A stretch of 64,000 nt of DNA from positions 1,235,689 to 1,299,688 of the forward strand of contig CBDEUK010000002.1 in the NCBI GenBank assembly GCA_965243205.1, given 5' to 3'. Positions 20,172 to 30,107 of this stretch are shown one piece after another. The notes under the pieces were generated by a model. It did not search any database and was not told the origin of the DNA. It worked only from the letters and a program-made list of their open reading frames with translations. Both the position numbers and the translations under genes were made by a program. Each line of letters begins with the position of its first letter. The first letter of the stretch is position 1. Source of the DNA: Gammaproteobacteria bacterium. GTDB lineage: Bacteria; Pseudomonadota; Gammaproteobacteria; Eutrophobiales; Eutrophobiaceae.

Positions 20172-21815
20172 ATGAAATCCAGTGATTTATTCATTAAGTG
20201 TCTTGAAAATGAAGGTGTTGAATACATTCTCGGTGTACCTGGAGAGGAGAATCTAGACTTCCTAGAGTCTCTACGTCACTCCACACAAATCAAACTCATA
20301 CTAACAAGACATGAACAATCCGCTGGGTTCATGGCCGCAACAATTGGCCGTTTGACTGGCAAACTTGGAGTTTGCTTATCAACACTAGGGCCAGGTGCAA
20401 CGAATTTTGTAACTGCTGCGGCCTACGCACAGCTTGGTGCGATGCCAATGTGTATGATCACGGGACAAAAACCGGTTCATTCCAGTAAGCAAGGCCATTT
20501 CCAAATCATCGATGCTGTTGACATGATGCGCCCTATCACCAAATTTACAAAATCCATTGGACGGGGCGATCGCATACCAACCGTTATCCGAGAGGCATTC
20601 AAAGTCGCTGAGGATGAACGTCCTGGAGCCGTTCATATCGAGCTACCTGAAGATGTGGCTCATGAAGAAACTAAAACGAACCCCATTCCAGTCACCCATG
20701 TAAGACGTCCCGATGCAAATGATAAAGCGGTAGCAATTGCACTTGAGATGATTGAAAAAGCTAAGTCACCCCTAATTTTAATAGGTGCTGGTGCAAATCG
20801 TAAACGTATATCAAAAATGCTATGTCAATTTATCGATAAAACATCCATGCCATTTTTTGATACTCAAATGGGTAAAGGCGTGGTTCCTGAAGATCACCCT
20901 TTATTTTTAGGTACTGCGGCTTTATCGGATAATGATTATTTACATTGTGCCATTGACCGCGCAGATTTAATTATTAATGTCGGACATGATGTTGTTGAAA
21001 AACCTCCATTCTTTATGGAAGAAGGCGGAACGCAAGTAATACATATCAATTATTCACCAGCGGATATCGATGAAGTCTATTTTCCTCAACATGAAGTAAT
21101 TGGTGACATCGCTAATGCGATGTGGCAATTGGTTGAAAAAATTACACCTCAAGACCATTGGGATTTTTCTTACTACCGCACAGTCAAGGATTATGTGGAT
21201 GAAAAAATATCTGAAAACAGTAATGATGAACGTTTCCCTATCATCCCACAAAAATTTGTCGCCGACATACGCTCAGTTATGGGCGCAGAAGACATCATTG
21301 CATTAGATAATGGTATTTATAAAGTATGGTTTGCGCGTAACTACCGTGCTTTGGCACCGAATACTGTTTTATTAGATAACGCATTAGCGACGATGGGTGC
21401 AGGTTTACCTTCTGCAATGGCAGCTAAAATGGTTTATCCAGATCGTAAAGTCATCGCAATTTGCGGTGATGGTGGCTTTATGATGAACAGTCAGGAACTA
21501 GAAACAGCTGTTCGCATGAAACTCGACTTAGTTATCGTCGTATTAAATGACAGTGCTTACGGCATGATCAAATGGAAGCAACATGGAATGGGGTTTGAAG
21601 ACTTTGGACTTGATTACAATAACCCCGACTTTGTTCAATATGCCGAAAGTTACGGTGCTAAAGGTCATCGTATCAATAGCAACCCTGAATTTAAAGAAAC
21701 CTTAGAAAAATGCCAAGCCGATGGTGGTGTGCACTTAATTGATTTACCAGTTGATTATTCTGAAAACATTAGAGTATTAACGGAAGAATTAAGAAACAAA
21801 GCTTGTATTTTATAA
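20172..21815 (+). CDS. Thiamine pyrophosphate (TPP)-dependent enzyme of the acetolactate synthase large-subunit family
   Basis: Three-domain ALS-like architecture (N-terminal Pyr domain, central domain, C-terminal TPP domain with GDGGFMMN). There is no adjacent small subunit or alsD, so the specific reaction is unassigned. Confidence 0.75.
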   Translation: MKSSDLFIKCLENEGVEYILGVPGEENLDFLESLRHSTQIKLILTRHEQSAGFMAATIGRLTGKLGVCLSTLGPGATNFVTAAAYAQLGAMPMCMITGQKPVHSSKQGHFQIIDAVDMMRPITKFTKSIGRGDRIPTVIREAFKVAEDERPGAVHIELPEDVAHEETKTNPIPVTHVRRPDANDKAVAIALEMIEKAKSPLILIGAGANRKRISKMLCQFIDKTSMPFFDTQMGKGVVPEDHPLFLGTAALSDNDYLHCAIDRADLIINVGHDVVEKPPFFMEEGGTQVIHINYSPADIDEVYFPQHEVIGDIANAMWQLVEKITPQDHWDFSYYRTVKDYVDEKISENSNDERFPIIPQKFVADIRSVMGAEDIIALDNGIYKVWFARNYRALAPNTVLLDNALATMGAGLPSAMAAKMVYPDRKVIAICGDGGFMMNSQELETAVRMKLDLVIVVLNDSAYGMIKWKQHGMGFEDFGLDYNNPDFVQYAESYGAKGHRINSNPEFKETLEKCQADGGVHLIDLPVDYSENIRVLTEELRNKACIL

Positions 21816-21846
21816 AGAGAACAAAAGAGGCTTTTCGTCTTAACGT

Positions 21847-23697
21847 TTAATTTACGTTCTGATGAAAAGTCTCTTGTTTATTTGAAGTGGCTTTCTTGGT
21901 TTCATGATATTCCCTAAAAGCATGAGCTATATCTTTACCCATTAACTTTTCAAGAATTTTCATATCCGTTTGTCTAAAATCTACTACGATTAAGCCATCA
22001 ACTACATCGTTGAATTGTGGATCGATATTAAACCCTAAAAATTGACCACCTAATCTTAAATATTGTTTTACTAAAACTGGTATCCCTTTCTTATCCGATT
22101 CAATTTGTGAAACCATATCGGAAACCAATTCAATATCATTGACCACTCGAAGGTCATCCGTTTGCCATCGATAACGTTGTTTGGATTTAAACGGATTGCG
22201 AGCTCTAACATATTTTGCAAACTCTTTATTAAAAGAATTATTTTTTAAAGCACCGATGATCAATTTTTGTGATTCAATTTTATAATCACGACTAATACTA
22301 ACTGGGCCAAAAAGAATTGGGTATTCTCGTTGCATTGCGACGTAGGCCGAAATGCCTTTCCATAATATGTTCAACGGCTGAAAGGATTTTTGATATTCAA
22401 TCCGTATAAAAGAACGACCAAGCTCGATTGCATTATGTAATTGTGGGATGAGTTTGTTCTTATAATGAAAAAGACTATAGGTGTATAAGCCCTTTTTACC
22501 ATATTTCTTAATGATATCGCTAGCGATGCCTAAACGGTAAGCACCAATTACTTCTTGTTTCTTTGTATTCCAAATAAACAAATGCATGTAATAAGAATCG
22601 TAAAGATCAATATCGATTTTTTTCCCTGTACCTTCACCAACGGCACGAAAAGTTAGCTCTCGTAATCTTCCGATCTCTTGCATAAGCCAAGGAATTTGCT
22701 CGGCCTTGGCATAATAAACCGATAAGTCCCCAGAGGTAATTAAACATTGTGAATCGGCTATTTTATTAACTTCTGACGTTAAAACATCTACATCGGGTTG
22801 TTGAATAATATTTTCAAAGCTATCCGATGAAACTATGTGTTGGCTCTGTTTTGTATTTACTTCGGCGAGCATATAGGTACGTAGTTTTAAATAACTCATT
22901 AACTCTTCAGAGTTGTTCAATTTCATTAACTTACTATTGGGAATTTCTTTACCAACCTGTAAGCGAATAGTTTTACCAATTTTTTTCAATAGCTCCCTAG
23001 GCAATAAACAAGTCCTGAGCAGAGGATGAATTAAGCCCATAACATTGAACAGCAAACTATTCCTGCCATGAAAATAAACTGGATTGACTGAAGCACCTGA
23101 CAAAGTAATTAAACGTCCAATGGTTGGATTCCATTCACTATCCATAATTCGCATTTTTTTAAAACTAAAATTAGAAACTTCGCCAGCCGGGAAAACTAAT
23201 AAGAGGCCACCTTGTTTTAACCAGTTAAGCGATTCTTTTAACGGTTTCATGTTTCTTCGATGAGAATTTTCTGTTGCAAATGGATCAACCGATATAAAAC
23301 AGTCTGCAACCTCAGGTATTTTAGAAAGATGATAATTTGCCATGACTTTCACATCATCACGATGTTCTCGTAATAGCATTGTTAAAATAACACCATCAAG
23401 CGCACCAAATGGATGGTTCGCAACTACAACTACAGGCCCTTGTTTAGGAATATTACTGAATTCAGTCTTATTAATATCCAAGTTAACTTTCAATATATCC
23501 AAAATAGAACGGAATGTTTTATCGCTATCAGAAGTATCTGAAAGTTTATGATAATAGTTATTTATATCAGCCAAACCTGAAACAGATTCTAAACCACGTT
23601 CAATCAAACGGCTGGTCTTAGCAAATGATTTTGCAGGCAGAAGACCTGCTAGTGAAAAAGGATTGTTTTTAGCGTTATTTTGCATATTGCCCAACAT
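21847..23697 (-). CDS. Bifunctional acyltransferase, OlsF-like: N-terminal PlsC-type O-acyltransferase plus C-terminal OlsB/GNAT-type N-acyltransferase (ornithine/aminolipid synthesis)
   Basis: The N-terminal region has acyltransferase motifs (VVVANHPFGALDG; FPAGEVS). The C-terminal approximately 280 aa resembles the OlsB/hemolysin-like N-acyltransferase family (LTFRAVGEGTGKKIDIDLYDSYYMHLFIWN). Its size (616 aa) and domain order match OlsF. Confidence 0.55.
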   Translation of the reverse strand: MLGNMQNNAKNNPFSLAGLLPAKSFAKTSRLIERGLESVSGLADINNYYHKLSDTSDSDKTFRSILDILKVNLDINKTEFSNIPKQGPVVVVANHPFGALDGVILTMLLREHRDDVKVMANYHLSKIPEVADCFISVDPFATENSHRRNMKPLKESLNWLKQGGLLLVFPAGEVSNFSFKKMRIMDSEWNPTIGRLITLSGASVNPVYFHGRNSLLFNVMGLIHPLLRTCLLPRELLKKIGKTIRLQVGKEIPNSKLMKLNNSEELMSYLKLRTYMLAEVNTKQSQHIVSSDSFENIIQQPDVDVLTSEVNKIADSQCLITSGDLSVYYAKAEQIPWLMQEIGRLRELTFRAVGEGTGKKIDIDLYDSYYMHLFIWNTKKQEVIGAYRLGIASDIIKKYGKKGLYTYSLFHYKNKLIPQLHNAIELGRSFIRIEYQKSFQPLNILWKGISAYVAMQREYPILFGPVSISRDYKIESQKLIIGALKNNSFNKEFAKYVRARNPFKSKQRYRWQTDDLRVVNDIELVSDMVSQIESDKKGIPVLVKQYLRLGGQFLGFNIDPQFNDVVDGLIVVDFRQTDMKILEKLMGKDIAHAFREYHETKKATSNKQETFHQNVN

Positions 23698-24736
23698 GTT
23701 CTTTATTCATATCTTCTGAACCATCGATAAACGATATTTTTTCAATTGGAGCAAGATTTTCCAAAAAAGTTTGCGCACTATTATGCCATGTAAATTTACT
23801 CGAATAATCAATACAATCCTCAGAATTCAATTTCATGGCATCTAAGCAAGCTCGTTTTAGATTATCTGATAAAATACCTGAAAATCCATTTTTCACAACA
23901 TCAATCGGTCCTGTGACAGGATACGCTGCTACAGGCAAACCACAAGCCATAGCCTCTAATAATACAATGCCAAACGTATCCGTTAAGCTTGGAAAGACAA
24001 ATACATCGGAAGCTGCTACATGTTGGGCTAATTCTTCACCAAATTTATAACCCGTATAATGTGCATCTGGAAACTTTTGCTTTAATTTTTCTAGATACGG
24101 TCCATCACCGATTATTAACTTACTACCGGGTAAATCTAAAGATAAGAATGCTTCAATATTTTTCTCAACGGCAATACGTCCCATATGAACAAAGATAGGG
24201 CGTGGTAAATCAAGAAAACTTTTATCTCTGGGTTTGAATATTTCAGAATTGACACCACGCGACCATATCACCACATTCTTAAAACCATTTTCTTCTAGAC
24301 GTTGTTTCATGTGATTGGTTGGTACAAAGGTATGTGCAGCTTTTTCATGAAAACGTCTGATGTATGCATAACTCCAACTTAACGGTATTGGCACTCTGGC
24401 TTTTATATATTCAGGAAACTGAGTGTGATAAGAAGTTGTAAACGAAATATTATGTTTTAAGCAATATCGTCTTGCCGCAGTGCCTATTGGTCCTTCAGTC
24501 GCAACATGTACAGCATCAGGCTTTATACGTTTGAGTAAACGCGAAACTTTGCGGCCTGGTAATAATGCTAACCGTATCGAAGGATAGGTTGGGCAAGGAA
24601 TAGTCTTAAAATCTTGTGGGGTAATGAATCGAACATCGTGCCCCATACGAATCAGTTCTTCAGAAACATTCTCGTAGGTGCGCACAACACCATTCACTTG
24701 TGGACGCCAAGCGTCGGTAGCTATAACGATTTTCAA
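23675..24736 (-). CDS. GT4-family glycosyltransferase (Agt-like glycolipid glycosyltransferase candidate)
   Basis: GT-B fold with N-terminal MKIVIATDAWRPQVNGV and a C-terminal E-x7-E-like region (VFVFPSLTDTFGIVLLEAMACGLPV). It overlaps the downstream gene by 23 nt. Confidence 0.75.
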   Translation of the reverse strand: MKIVIATDAWRPQVNGVVRTYENVSEELIRMGHDVRFITPQDFKTIPCPTYPSIRLALLPGRKVSRLLKRIKPDAVHVATEGPIGTAARRYCLKHNISFTTSYHTQFPEYIKARVPIPLSWSYAYIRRFHEKAAHTFVPTNHMKQRLEENGFKNVVIWSRGVNSEIFKPRDKSFLDLPRPIFVHMGRIAVEKNIEAFLSLDLPGSKLIIGDGPYLEKLKQKFPDAHYTGYKFGEELAQHVAASDVFVFPSLTDTFGIVLLEAMACGLPVAAYPVTGPIDVVKNGFSGILSDNLKRACLDAMKLNSEDCIDYSSKFTWHNSAQTFLENLAPIEKISFIDGSEDMNKEHVGQYAK

Positions 24737-24740
24737 AGTA

Positions 24741-25535
24741 TTAGGCGGCTGCGAGCTCGAGTTTTTTCAATTGTTCTTGTTGATCGGTCCAATGCAATAT
24801 TTGCAATGACCCATCGTGGGTTTCGACTAATGATGTACAACTTTCAACCCAATCACCACAGTTACAATAAATAATATCTTCAAAATGTGTAATCTCAGCG
24901 TGATGAATATGACCAGAGATTATACCATCAACTTCGTGGGTCTTTGCAGCATGCGATAAAGCTTTTTCAAAATTGCTGATGTAATTCACAGCATTTTTTA
25001 CTCGAGCTTTTAACATTTTTGCTAATGACCAATAGGGAAAGCCCATGCGACGTCTTATAAAATTCACCCAACCATTCACTTTCAATAACATGTCGTAAAG
25101 ACCGCTACCAATTAATGCTAACATTTTTGAATTGGTGACAACGGCATCAAATTGGTCACCATGAATCACTAAAAACTTTTTACCGCAATTGGTCTCGTGA
25201 ATCACTTCATCTACCAATTCCAAATTACCAAATACTAAACCTGAGTAATCACGTAAAAACTCATCATGATTTCCAGTTACATAAATAATTTTAGTGCCGT
25301 GTTTCGCTTTACCAAGGATAGTTCGAATCACATCATTGTGAGCTTGTGGCCAGTATAATTTTTTCTTTATCTGCCACATATCGATAATATCCCCAACCAA
25401 ATAGAGATAATCGCAACGGGTAGAACGTAAAAAGTCCAAAAGGTATTCAGCACTACAACCGGAAAAACCTAAATGAACATCTGAAATAAAAATAGAACGA
25501 TAGTAGGTTGGCTCGATCTTAGTGACGTTATCCAT
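24741..25535 (-). CDS. Calcineurin-like metallophosphoesterase of the LpxH/PlcP family (candidate phospholipase C for lipid remodelling)
   Basis: Metallophosphoesterase motifs D-x-H (SDVHLG), GDIID, GNHD and GHIHH. It aligns with LpxH over its full length and sits 4 nt upstream of the GT4 gene in the same operon. Confidence 0.55.
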   Translation of the reverse strand: MDNVTKIEPTYYRSIFISDVHLGFSGCSAEYLLDFLRSTRCDYLYLVGDIIDMWQIKKKLYWPQAHNDVIRTILGKAKHGTKIIYVTGNHDEFLRDYSGLVFGNLELVDEVIHETNCGKKFLVIHGDQFDAVVTNSKMLALIGSGLYDMLLKVNGWVNFIRRRMGFPYWSLAKMLKARVKNAVNYISNFEKALSHAAKTHEVDGIISGHIHHAEITHFEDIIYCNCGDWVESCTSLVETHDGSLQILHWTDQQEQLKKLELAAA

Positions 25536-25692
25536 ACGAATTTACTCGCAGTATTTAAGACGCGCATAGTGTCAATCAAGATCATGACAAATCAGTTTAA
25601 TTTTTGTTACAAAATGATGAAACTATTACCTTTTTATAATCAATAAGATCACAATTTAAATAGTGAAAGCTTAATTAATTGATCATCGAAAT

Positions 25693-25717
25693 GCCATAGA
25701 GCATCAAGCTCTATGGC
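25693..25717 (-). terminator. Candidate terminator hairpin downstream of htpX
   Basis: Perfect 10-bp inverted repeat GCCATAGAGC-atcaa-GCTCTATGGC. On the minus strand it is followed by auuucg, a weak U-tract. Confidence 0.4.
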
Positions 25718-25743
25718 AAGGATCTAGTTATATAAACTCTATA

Positions 25744-26634
25744 TTAAAAAGGCATTTTTTGAAGAGCTGCAATTCTTTCTTCTAGTGGGGGATGGGTCAT
25801 TGTTAATTTTTTAAGTCCCATTGATCCTAACAAACCACCATTAATTCCAAACGCCTGCATTGCAGCAGGTAATTGTGCAGGTTTGGAAACATTTTGTAAT
25901 CGTTGTAATGCTCTGACCATTTTATCGCGACTGGACAGTTTAGCGCCGCCTTCATCAGCACGGTATTCTCTATAACGACTAAACCATCGAACGATTAAGG
26001 TTGCTAAAAAACCTAATACCGTTTGCGCTATCATATAGGTAACGCTATAACCAATCCCTCGACCAAAACCATAACCTGAACGGTTATATCCATCCCCTCT
26101 TCGATCGACCATGCTGGAAATAATCTGCGCAAATACAATAACAAAGGTATTTAATACGCCTTGTAATAAGGACAACGTCACCATATCACCATTCGCAACA
26201 TGGCTAACTTCATGACCCAACACTGCCTCTACTTCACCTTTATCCATGGTGTTTAATAAACCTGTACTAACTGCAACCAACGCTGCGTTTTTATTGGCTC
26301 CAGTCGCAAATGCATTGGGCGCATCCGAGTTAAAAATTGCAACTTCAGGTCGACCAATTCCAGCAGCATCTGCTTGGCGATATACGGTGTCGACTAACCA
26401 TTTTTCAAGATCATTGCTAGGGTTTTCGATAACAACTGCGCCTGATGAGCGTTTTGCCATAGACTTAGACATCATTAAAGAAATGAAGGAGCCAGCCATC
26501 CCCATAATGCCAGCCATAATTAACATTGGCGTCCAGCTCATACCAGGTTGATTCAAACCCAATACATTTATAATCACACCTAGTACAAACAAAACTGCCA
26601 TGTTTGTACCAAGGAATAACCCTAATCTCATCAT
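25744..26634 (-). CDS. htpX: Zinc metalloprotease HtpX (M48 family)
   Basis: HEVSHVANGD zinc-binding motif, 4 TM segments, 296 aa. Confidence 0.9.
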   Translation of the reverse strand: MMRLGLFLGTNMAVLFVLGVIINVLGLNQPGMSWTPMLIMAGIMGMAGSFISLMMSKSMAKRSSGAVVIENPSNDLEKWLVDTVYRQADAAGIGRPEVAIFNSDAPNAFATGANKNAALVAVSTGLLNTMDKGEVEAVLGHEVSHVANGDMVTLSLLQGVLNTFVIVFAQIISSMVDRRGDGYNRSGYGFGRGIGYSVTYMIAQTVLGFLATLIVRWFSRYREYRADEGGAKLSSRDKMVRALQRLQNVSKPAQLPAAMQAFGINGGLLGSMGLKKLTMTHPPLEERIAALQKMPF

Positions 26635-26682
26635 TGTTCTATGCTCCTAGAATGCGTAAATTTTTAATGTAAAGAATGTATT

Positions 26683-27243
26683 TTAAGGTAATGTGACTAA
26701 ACAAGAATCTAAGTTTGCTCTTTTTGTCTGAGGTATTTCCTTTGCGTAACCGTACCAAATAATACCAACCACATATTCCTGTTCAGGATCCAACCAAGCC
26801 AATTCATAAAATCTCGGATCTCGAATCACGTCACCTGTAGACCATTTACAACCAATTTTATGACTCCATAAATACAATGAAAAATTCTGAATAGCACAAG
26901 CAACAGCAGCGTAATCCTCTTGTTTTCTTAGTTCATCATCACTTTTATCACATGTTACGATCAGCCATCCTGGTATGGACTGCCATCGCTTAAGTTTTTT
27001 TTCTGCTGTTGCATTATCAAACTTGGCTTCGAATAGCTGATAACTTAAATCGCATATGGCTTGCTGTGTTTCCTCGCCAACTAAATAAAAATGCCAAGGT
27101 TCAGTTAAATGATGATTTGGGGCCTGTTGAGCAAGTTTTAAAGCATTAAAGATTATTTCTGGATCAGGGATAGGATCATTTAAAAACTCATGAATTGTCC
27201 TTCGTTCTTGTATCACGCTCTCAATACTGATTGGTTCTGACAT
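26683..27243 (-). CDS. NAD(P)H nitroreductase-family flavoprotein
   Basis: Nitroreductase-like fold motifs (RRTIHEF ... HHLTEPWHFYLV); 186 aa. Confidence 0.7.
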   Translation of the reverse strand: MSEPISIESVIQERRTIHEFLNDPIPDPEIIFNALKLAQQAPNHHLTEPWHFYLVGEETQQAICDLSYQLFEAKFDNATAEKKLKRWQSIPGWLIVTCDKSDDELRKQEDYAAVACAIQNFSLYLWSHKIGCKWSTGDVIRDPRFYELAWLDPEQEYVVGIIWYGYAKEIPQTKRANLDSCLVTLP

Positions 27244-27577
27244 ATCATCTCACTTTAATTCAGTTTCATAAGTCATTAAATTTACATAATTTTGACGGCA
27301 ATAACGTCAAGTCATTGGCGGATTTTTAATCAGTTACATCCTACGTTATTGCAGTCATAGTTGTATATTTAAAATTGTTTAGCTATCTAGGTATTTAAGA
27401 CCTAAAAAGCAAATAAGCAGTTCATTTATATAGTATTTTTTTGTTGTTTATACCCTCAAACCAAGGCTTTCAAAATATAAAATGTTAACAAATTCCCATA
27501 TAAAATAAATTTGGCTCAAGATTTGCGTTAACCATGTCGATAGTAATTTTAATGCAGTATTTTGCCGGAGCCACGTT

Positions 27578-27832
27578 ATGAAAGCTGAAAATTTAGTCAA
27601 CGAATACCCTGAAATGGAAGAAGCAGATGCTTTTCAATCGGTTACTCGTTTAATTGCGATGAACGCAATGGTAGAAGCTGCACGAATGGGAAAAGAGGGG
27701 GAAAAATTCGCCCACTTAACTCAACAGATGATTGATTTAGCAAGAGATGCGTCAGCAGATGATGCATTAATGGCTGATATGATAGAAAAACAAATTCAAT
27801 CTATCAAAAGCCTAAAACCTTCCTCAGAATAA
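27578..27832 (+). CDS. Free-standing 84-aa protein resembling the conserved tip of the methyl-accepting chemotaxis protein (MCP) signalling domain
   Basis: AFQSVTRLIAMNAMVEAARMGKEGEKFAHLTQQM closely parallels the MCP consensus [31 protein letters not shown]. It lacks any TM, HAMP or methylation helices. Confidence 0.35.
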   Translation: MKAENLVNEYPEMEEADAFQSVTRLIAMNAMVEAARMGKEGEKFAHLTQQMIDLARDASADDALMADMIEKQIQSIKSLKPSSE

Positions 27833-27849
27833 TCTAAAGAAAATCTGAT

Positions 27850-28914
27850 TTACTCCATAGACATTTCTTGATATCCAGCGATATGTCCCGTCGCATTATT
27901 TAGTACTCGTTGTATATTTTCTATCACTACCTCAGGGGCTTCCAAATGAATGCTATGCCCACTATTTTTCACAATTACCTGCCAGCTATTAGAACTTAAA
28001 TTTGTTAATTCCGTTTGCATATCTTGCCACACTGTTTCAAGTGAGTACTTACCATCGACAGAAGGCAATTGAGATATTCCTCTAGTTAATACTGCTAATG
28101 GAATTTCAGCCGGGAAAGTTTTTAATTCATTGACCTCTTTTGCACTGTGCTTAAAAGACCGTAATTCTTGCATCTGGGCATAAATAGCTTTTCGGTTAGA
28201 ATTTAATAAAGCCCAATAGCGTTGCTGCTTAGTCATTTTTGATAAATCATACTCAGGTACTTTAATCAGTGTCTTCCTGTCAGCTTTAGGTAATTCATCA
28301 AGTTCTTTTAGACGATCAATTTGATCAGGATGAGAAGACTCAACTAAAACCATTCCTGCAACCTTTTTAGGAAATAAACCTGCAAAATATTGCATGGTAT
28401 AACCACCAAAAGAGTGTCCCACTAAAACATAAGGTCCCGAAATTTCAGCCTTTAATAACACACCATAAAGCTCTTCGACGATAGTTGAGGTTAATCTGGG
28501 TGATGGACCAGCATCGCTCATTCCATAGCCGGCACGATCAAAAATGCATGTACGGGTCGTTTTTGATATTTCAGTGGCAATTGACAACCAATTTGCAGAA
28601 GAATCTGCAATACCTCCATCAAATAAAACGGTAGGACTGCCCTCTCCTTGGCAATGGAAATACAGACGGTAATTATCCATCATTGCGTATTTACCTTTGG
28701 GTTCTTCGTATTCATCCATCACGTCCCATAGCTCTTCAGATATTGAGCTGGATGTATAAAAAGAACTTATCAGTAATATTGATATTGGAAGGAATAGTTT
28801 GTTTTTACAATTCATTATAATCTTCTTTATTAATGATATTTTCATACTAGATGACGTCCTAAAATCGATCCAGTGTTTAGCCAATAGGAAACTGGGTAGT
28901 AGCCTGATGTACAA
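27850..28914 (-). CDS. Secreted alpha/beta-hydrolase fold protein
   Basis: Nucleophile elbow GHSFGG, an N-terminal signal-like hydrophobic segment, and several candidate starts (MKISLIKK.. / MNCKNK..). Confidence 0.6.
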   Translation of the reverse strand: MYIRLLPSFLLAKHWIDFRTSSSMKISLIKKIIMNCKNKLFLPISILLISSFYTSSSISEELWDVMDEYEEPKGKYAMMDNYRLYFHCQGEGSPTVLFDGGIADSSANWLSIATEISKTTRTCIFDRAGYGMSDAGPSPRLTSTIVEELYGVLLKAEISGPYVLVGHSFGGYTMQYFAGLFPKKVAGMVLVESSHPDQIDRLKELDELPKADRKTLIKVPEYDLSKMTKQQRYWALLNSNRKAIYAQMQELRSFKHSAKEVNELKTFPAEIPLAVLTRGISQLPSVDGKYSLETVWQDMQTELTNLSSNSWQVIVKNSGHSIHLEAPEVVIENIQRVLNNATGHIAGYQEMSME

Positions 28915-28996
28915 GACAGAAAATTAACGTTTTTTAATGTTATAGTGATTAAAATTCCTATAACTTGCATGTTTTTATATGACAGAGGTGATACTA

Positions 28997-29470
28997 ATGG
29001 CAATTGAAGAAGGCAAAGCTGCTCCAGCCTTTACTCTTAAAGACAGCGACGGCAATAAAGTCGCATTGAAAGATTTTAAAGGACAAGATGTGATCGTATA
29101 TTTTTATCCTAAAGACGACACACCAGGATGTACAAAACAAGCCTGTGGTTTTAGAGATAATTGGAAAGCACTACAAAAAACTGGGGCGGTTATCTTAGGT
29201 ATTTCGCCCGACGATGAAGAATCTCATCAAAAATTTATAAAAAAATACAAACTCCCATTTACTCTATTATGCGATCCTGACAAAAAAGTCATGACCAAAT
29301 ACGAAGCCTTTGGTGAGAAAATGATGTACGGTAAAAAAGTAACTGGTGTCATTCGTTCAACTGTATGGGTAGGTCCTAACGGTAAAGTAAAAAAACATTG
29401 GAAGAAAGTACCTAAAGCTGCCGATCATCCTGATAAAGTGTTGGAAGCTCTACTAGCCGACCAAGAATAA
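28997..29470 (+). CDS. bcp: Thiol peroxidase Bcp (peroxiredoxin Q)
   Basis: YFYPKDDTPGCTKQACGFRD peroxidatic/resolving cysteine motif. The start is taken at the ATG at 28997, which is preceded by an AGAGGTGA SD sequence (the six-frame ORF begins at 28979). Confidence 0.85.
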   Translation: MAIEEGKAAPAFTLKDSDGNKVALKDFKGQDVIVYFYPKDDTPGCTKQACGFRDNWKALQKTGAVILGISPDDEESHQKFIKKYKLPFTLLCDPDKKVMTKYEAFGEKMMYGKKVTGVIRSTVWVGPNGKVKKHWKKVPKAADHPDKVLEALLADQE

Positions 29471-29928
29471 TGCAAACTGAGCAAACTGATCTAAAAAGAA
29501 CCGCTCAAATAATAGGTTATCTAGGCTTGCTGCCATTTGCGACAGGCCTAGTAGCTTTATTTCTAATCAATGATGATTCCTTGTTTATTCTTATCACTCA
29601 TTTAATTGTTTACTATTCTGCAGTAATAATTGTTTTTGTGTCTGCAGTTCATTGGGGCTATGTGATTTCAAATAATAACGTTTCTGAACATTCAAGACGT
29701 ATCATCATATCCATTATTCCAAGTTTACTGGCCTGTATCTTCTTAATGTTGCCAACTCAAACATCTCTTGCTTGTTTCTTTTTTTGTTTTATCCTTTGGC
29801 AAAAGTACGAAGAAACGATACAAGCCCATATACAATTTCCCGATTGGTATGTGTTACTTCGTAAACACTTAAGTTATACCGTTGCTGCTCTCCTATTACT
29901 TGCTTGGCTTATCTGTCTTAACGCATAA
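29470..29928 (+). CDS. DUF3429-like membrane protein
   Basis: Four predicted TM helices. Its start overlaps the bcp stop (taATG). Confidence 0.5.
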   Translation: MQTEQTDLKRTAQIIGYLGLLPFATGLVALFLINDDSLFILITHLIVYYSAVIIVFVSAVHWGYVISNNNVSEHSRRIIISIIPSLLACIFLMLPTQTSLACFFFCFILWQKYEETIQAHIQFPDWYVLLRKHLSYTVAALLLLAWLICLNA

Positions 29929-30107
29929 CAAAGCTTATTTGTTCATTTTTTTGGAATTTTTCCTAATTTTCGGTATATTCCAAGACAAACTAAATTTCTT
30001 TCTATAAAAGAAATAATCAAACTAATGGCTTTAACAATAGGACAGATGGTGTTAATGAGCATATATTTTGATTACATCCTTCCAGCAATTTTCAAGGAGA
30101 CATTCTA

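Noticed and set aside
20015-20227. 70-aa minus-strand ORF overlapping the start of the TPP-enzyme gene
   Set aside because: It is antisense to a well-supported gene and leader, has no SD sequence, and has a low-complexity composition. It is most likely spurious.
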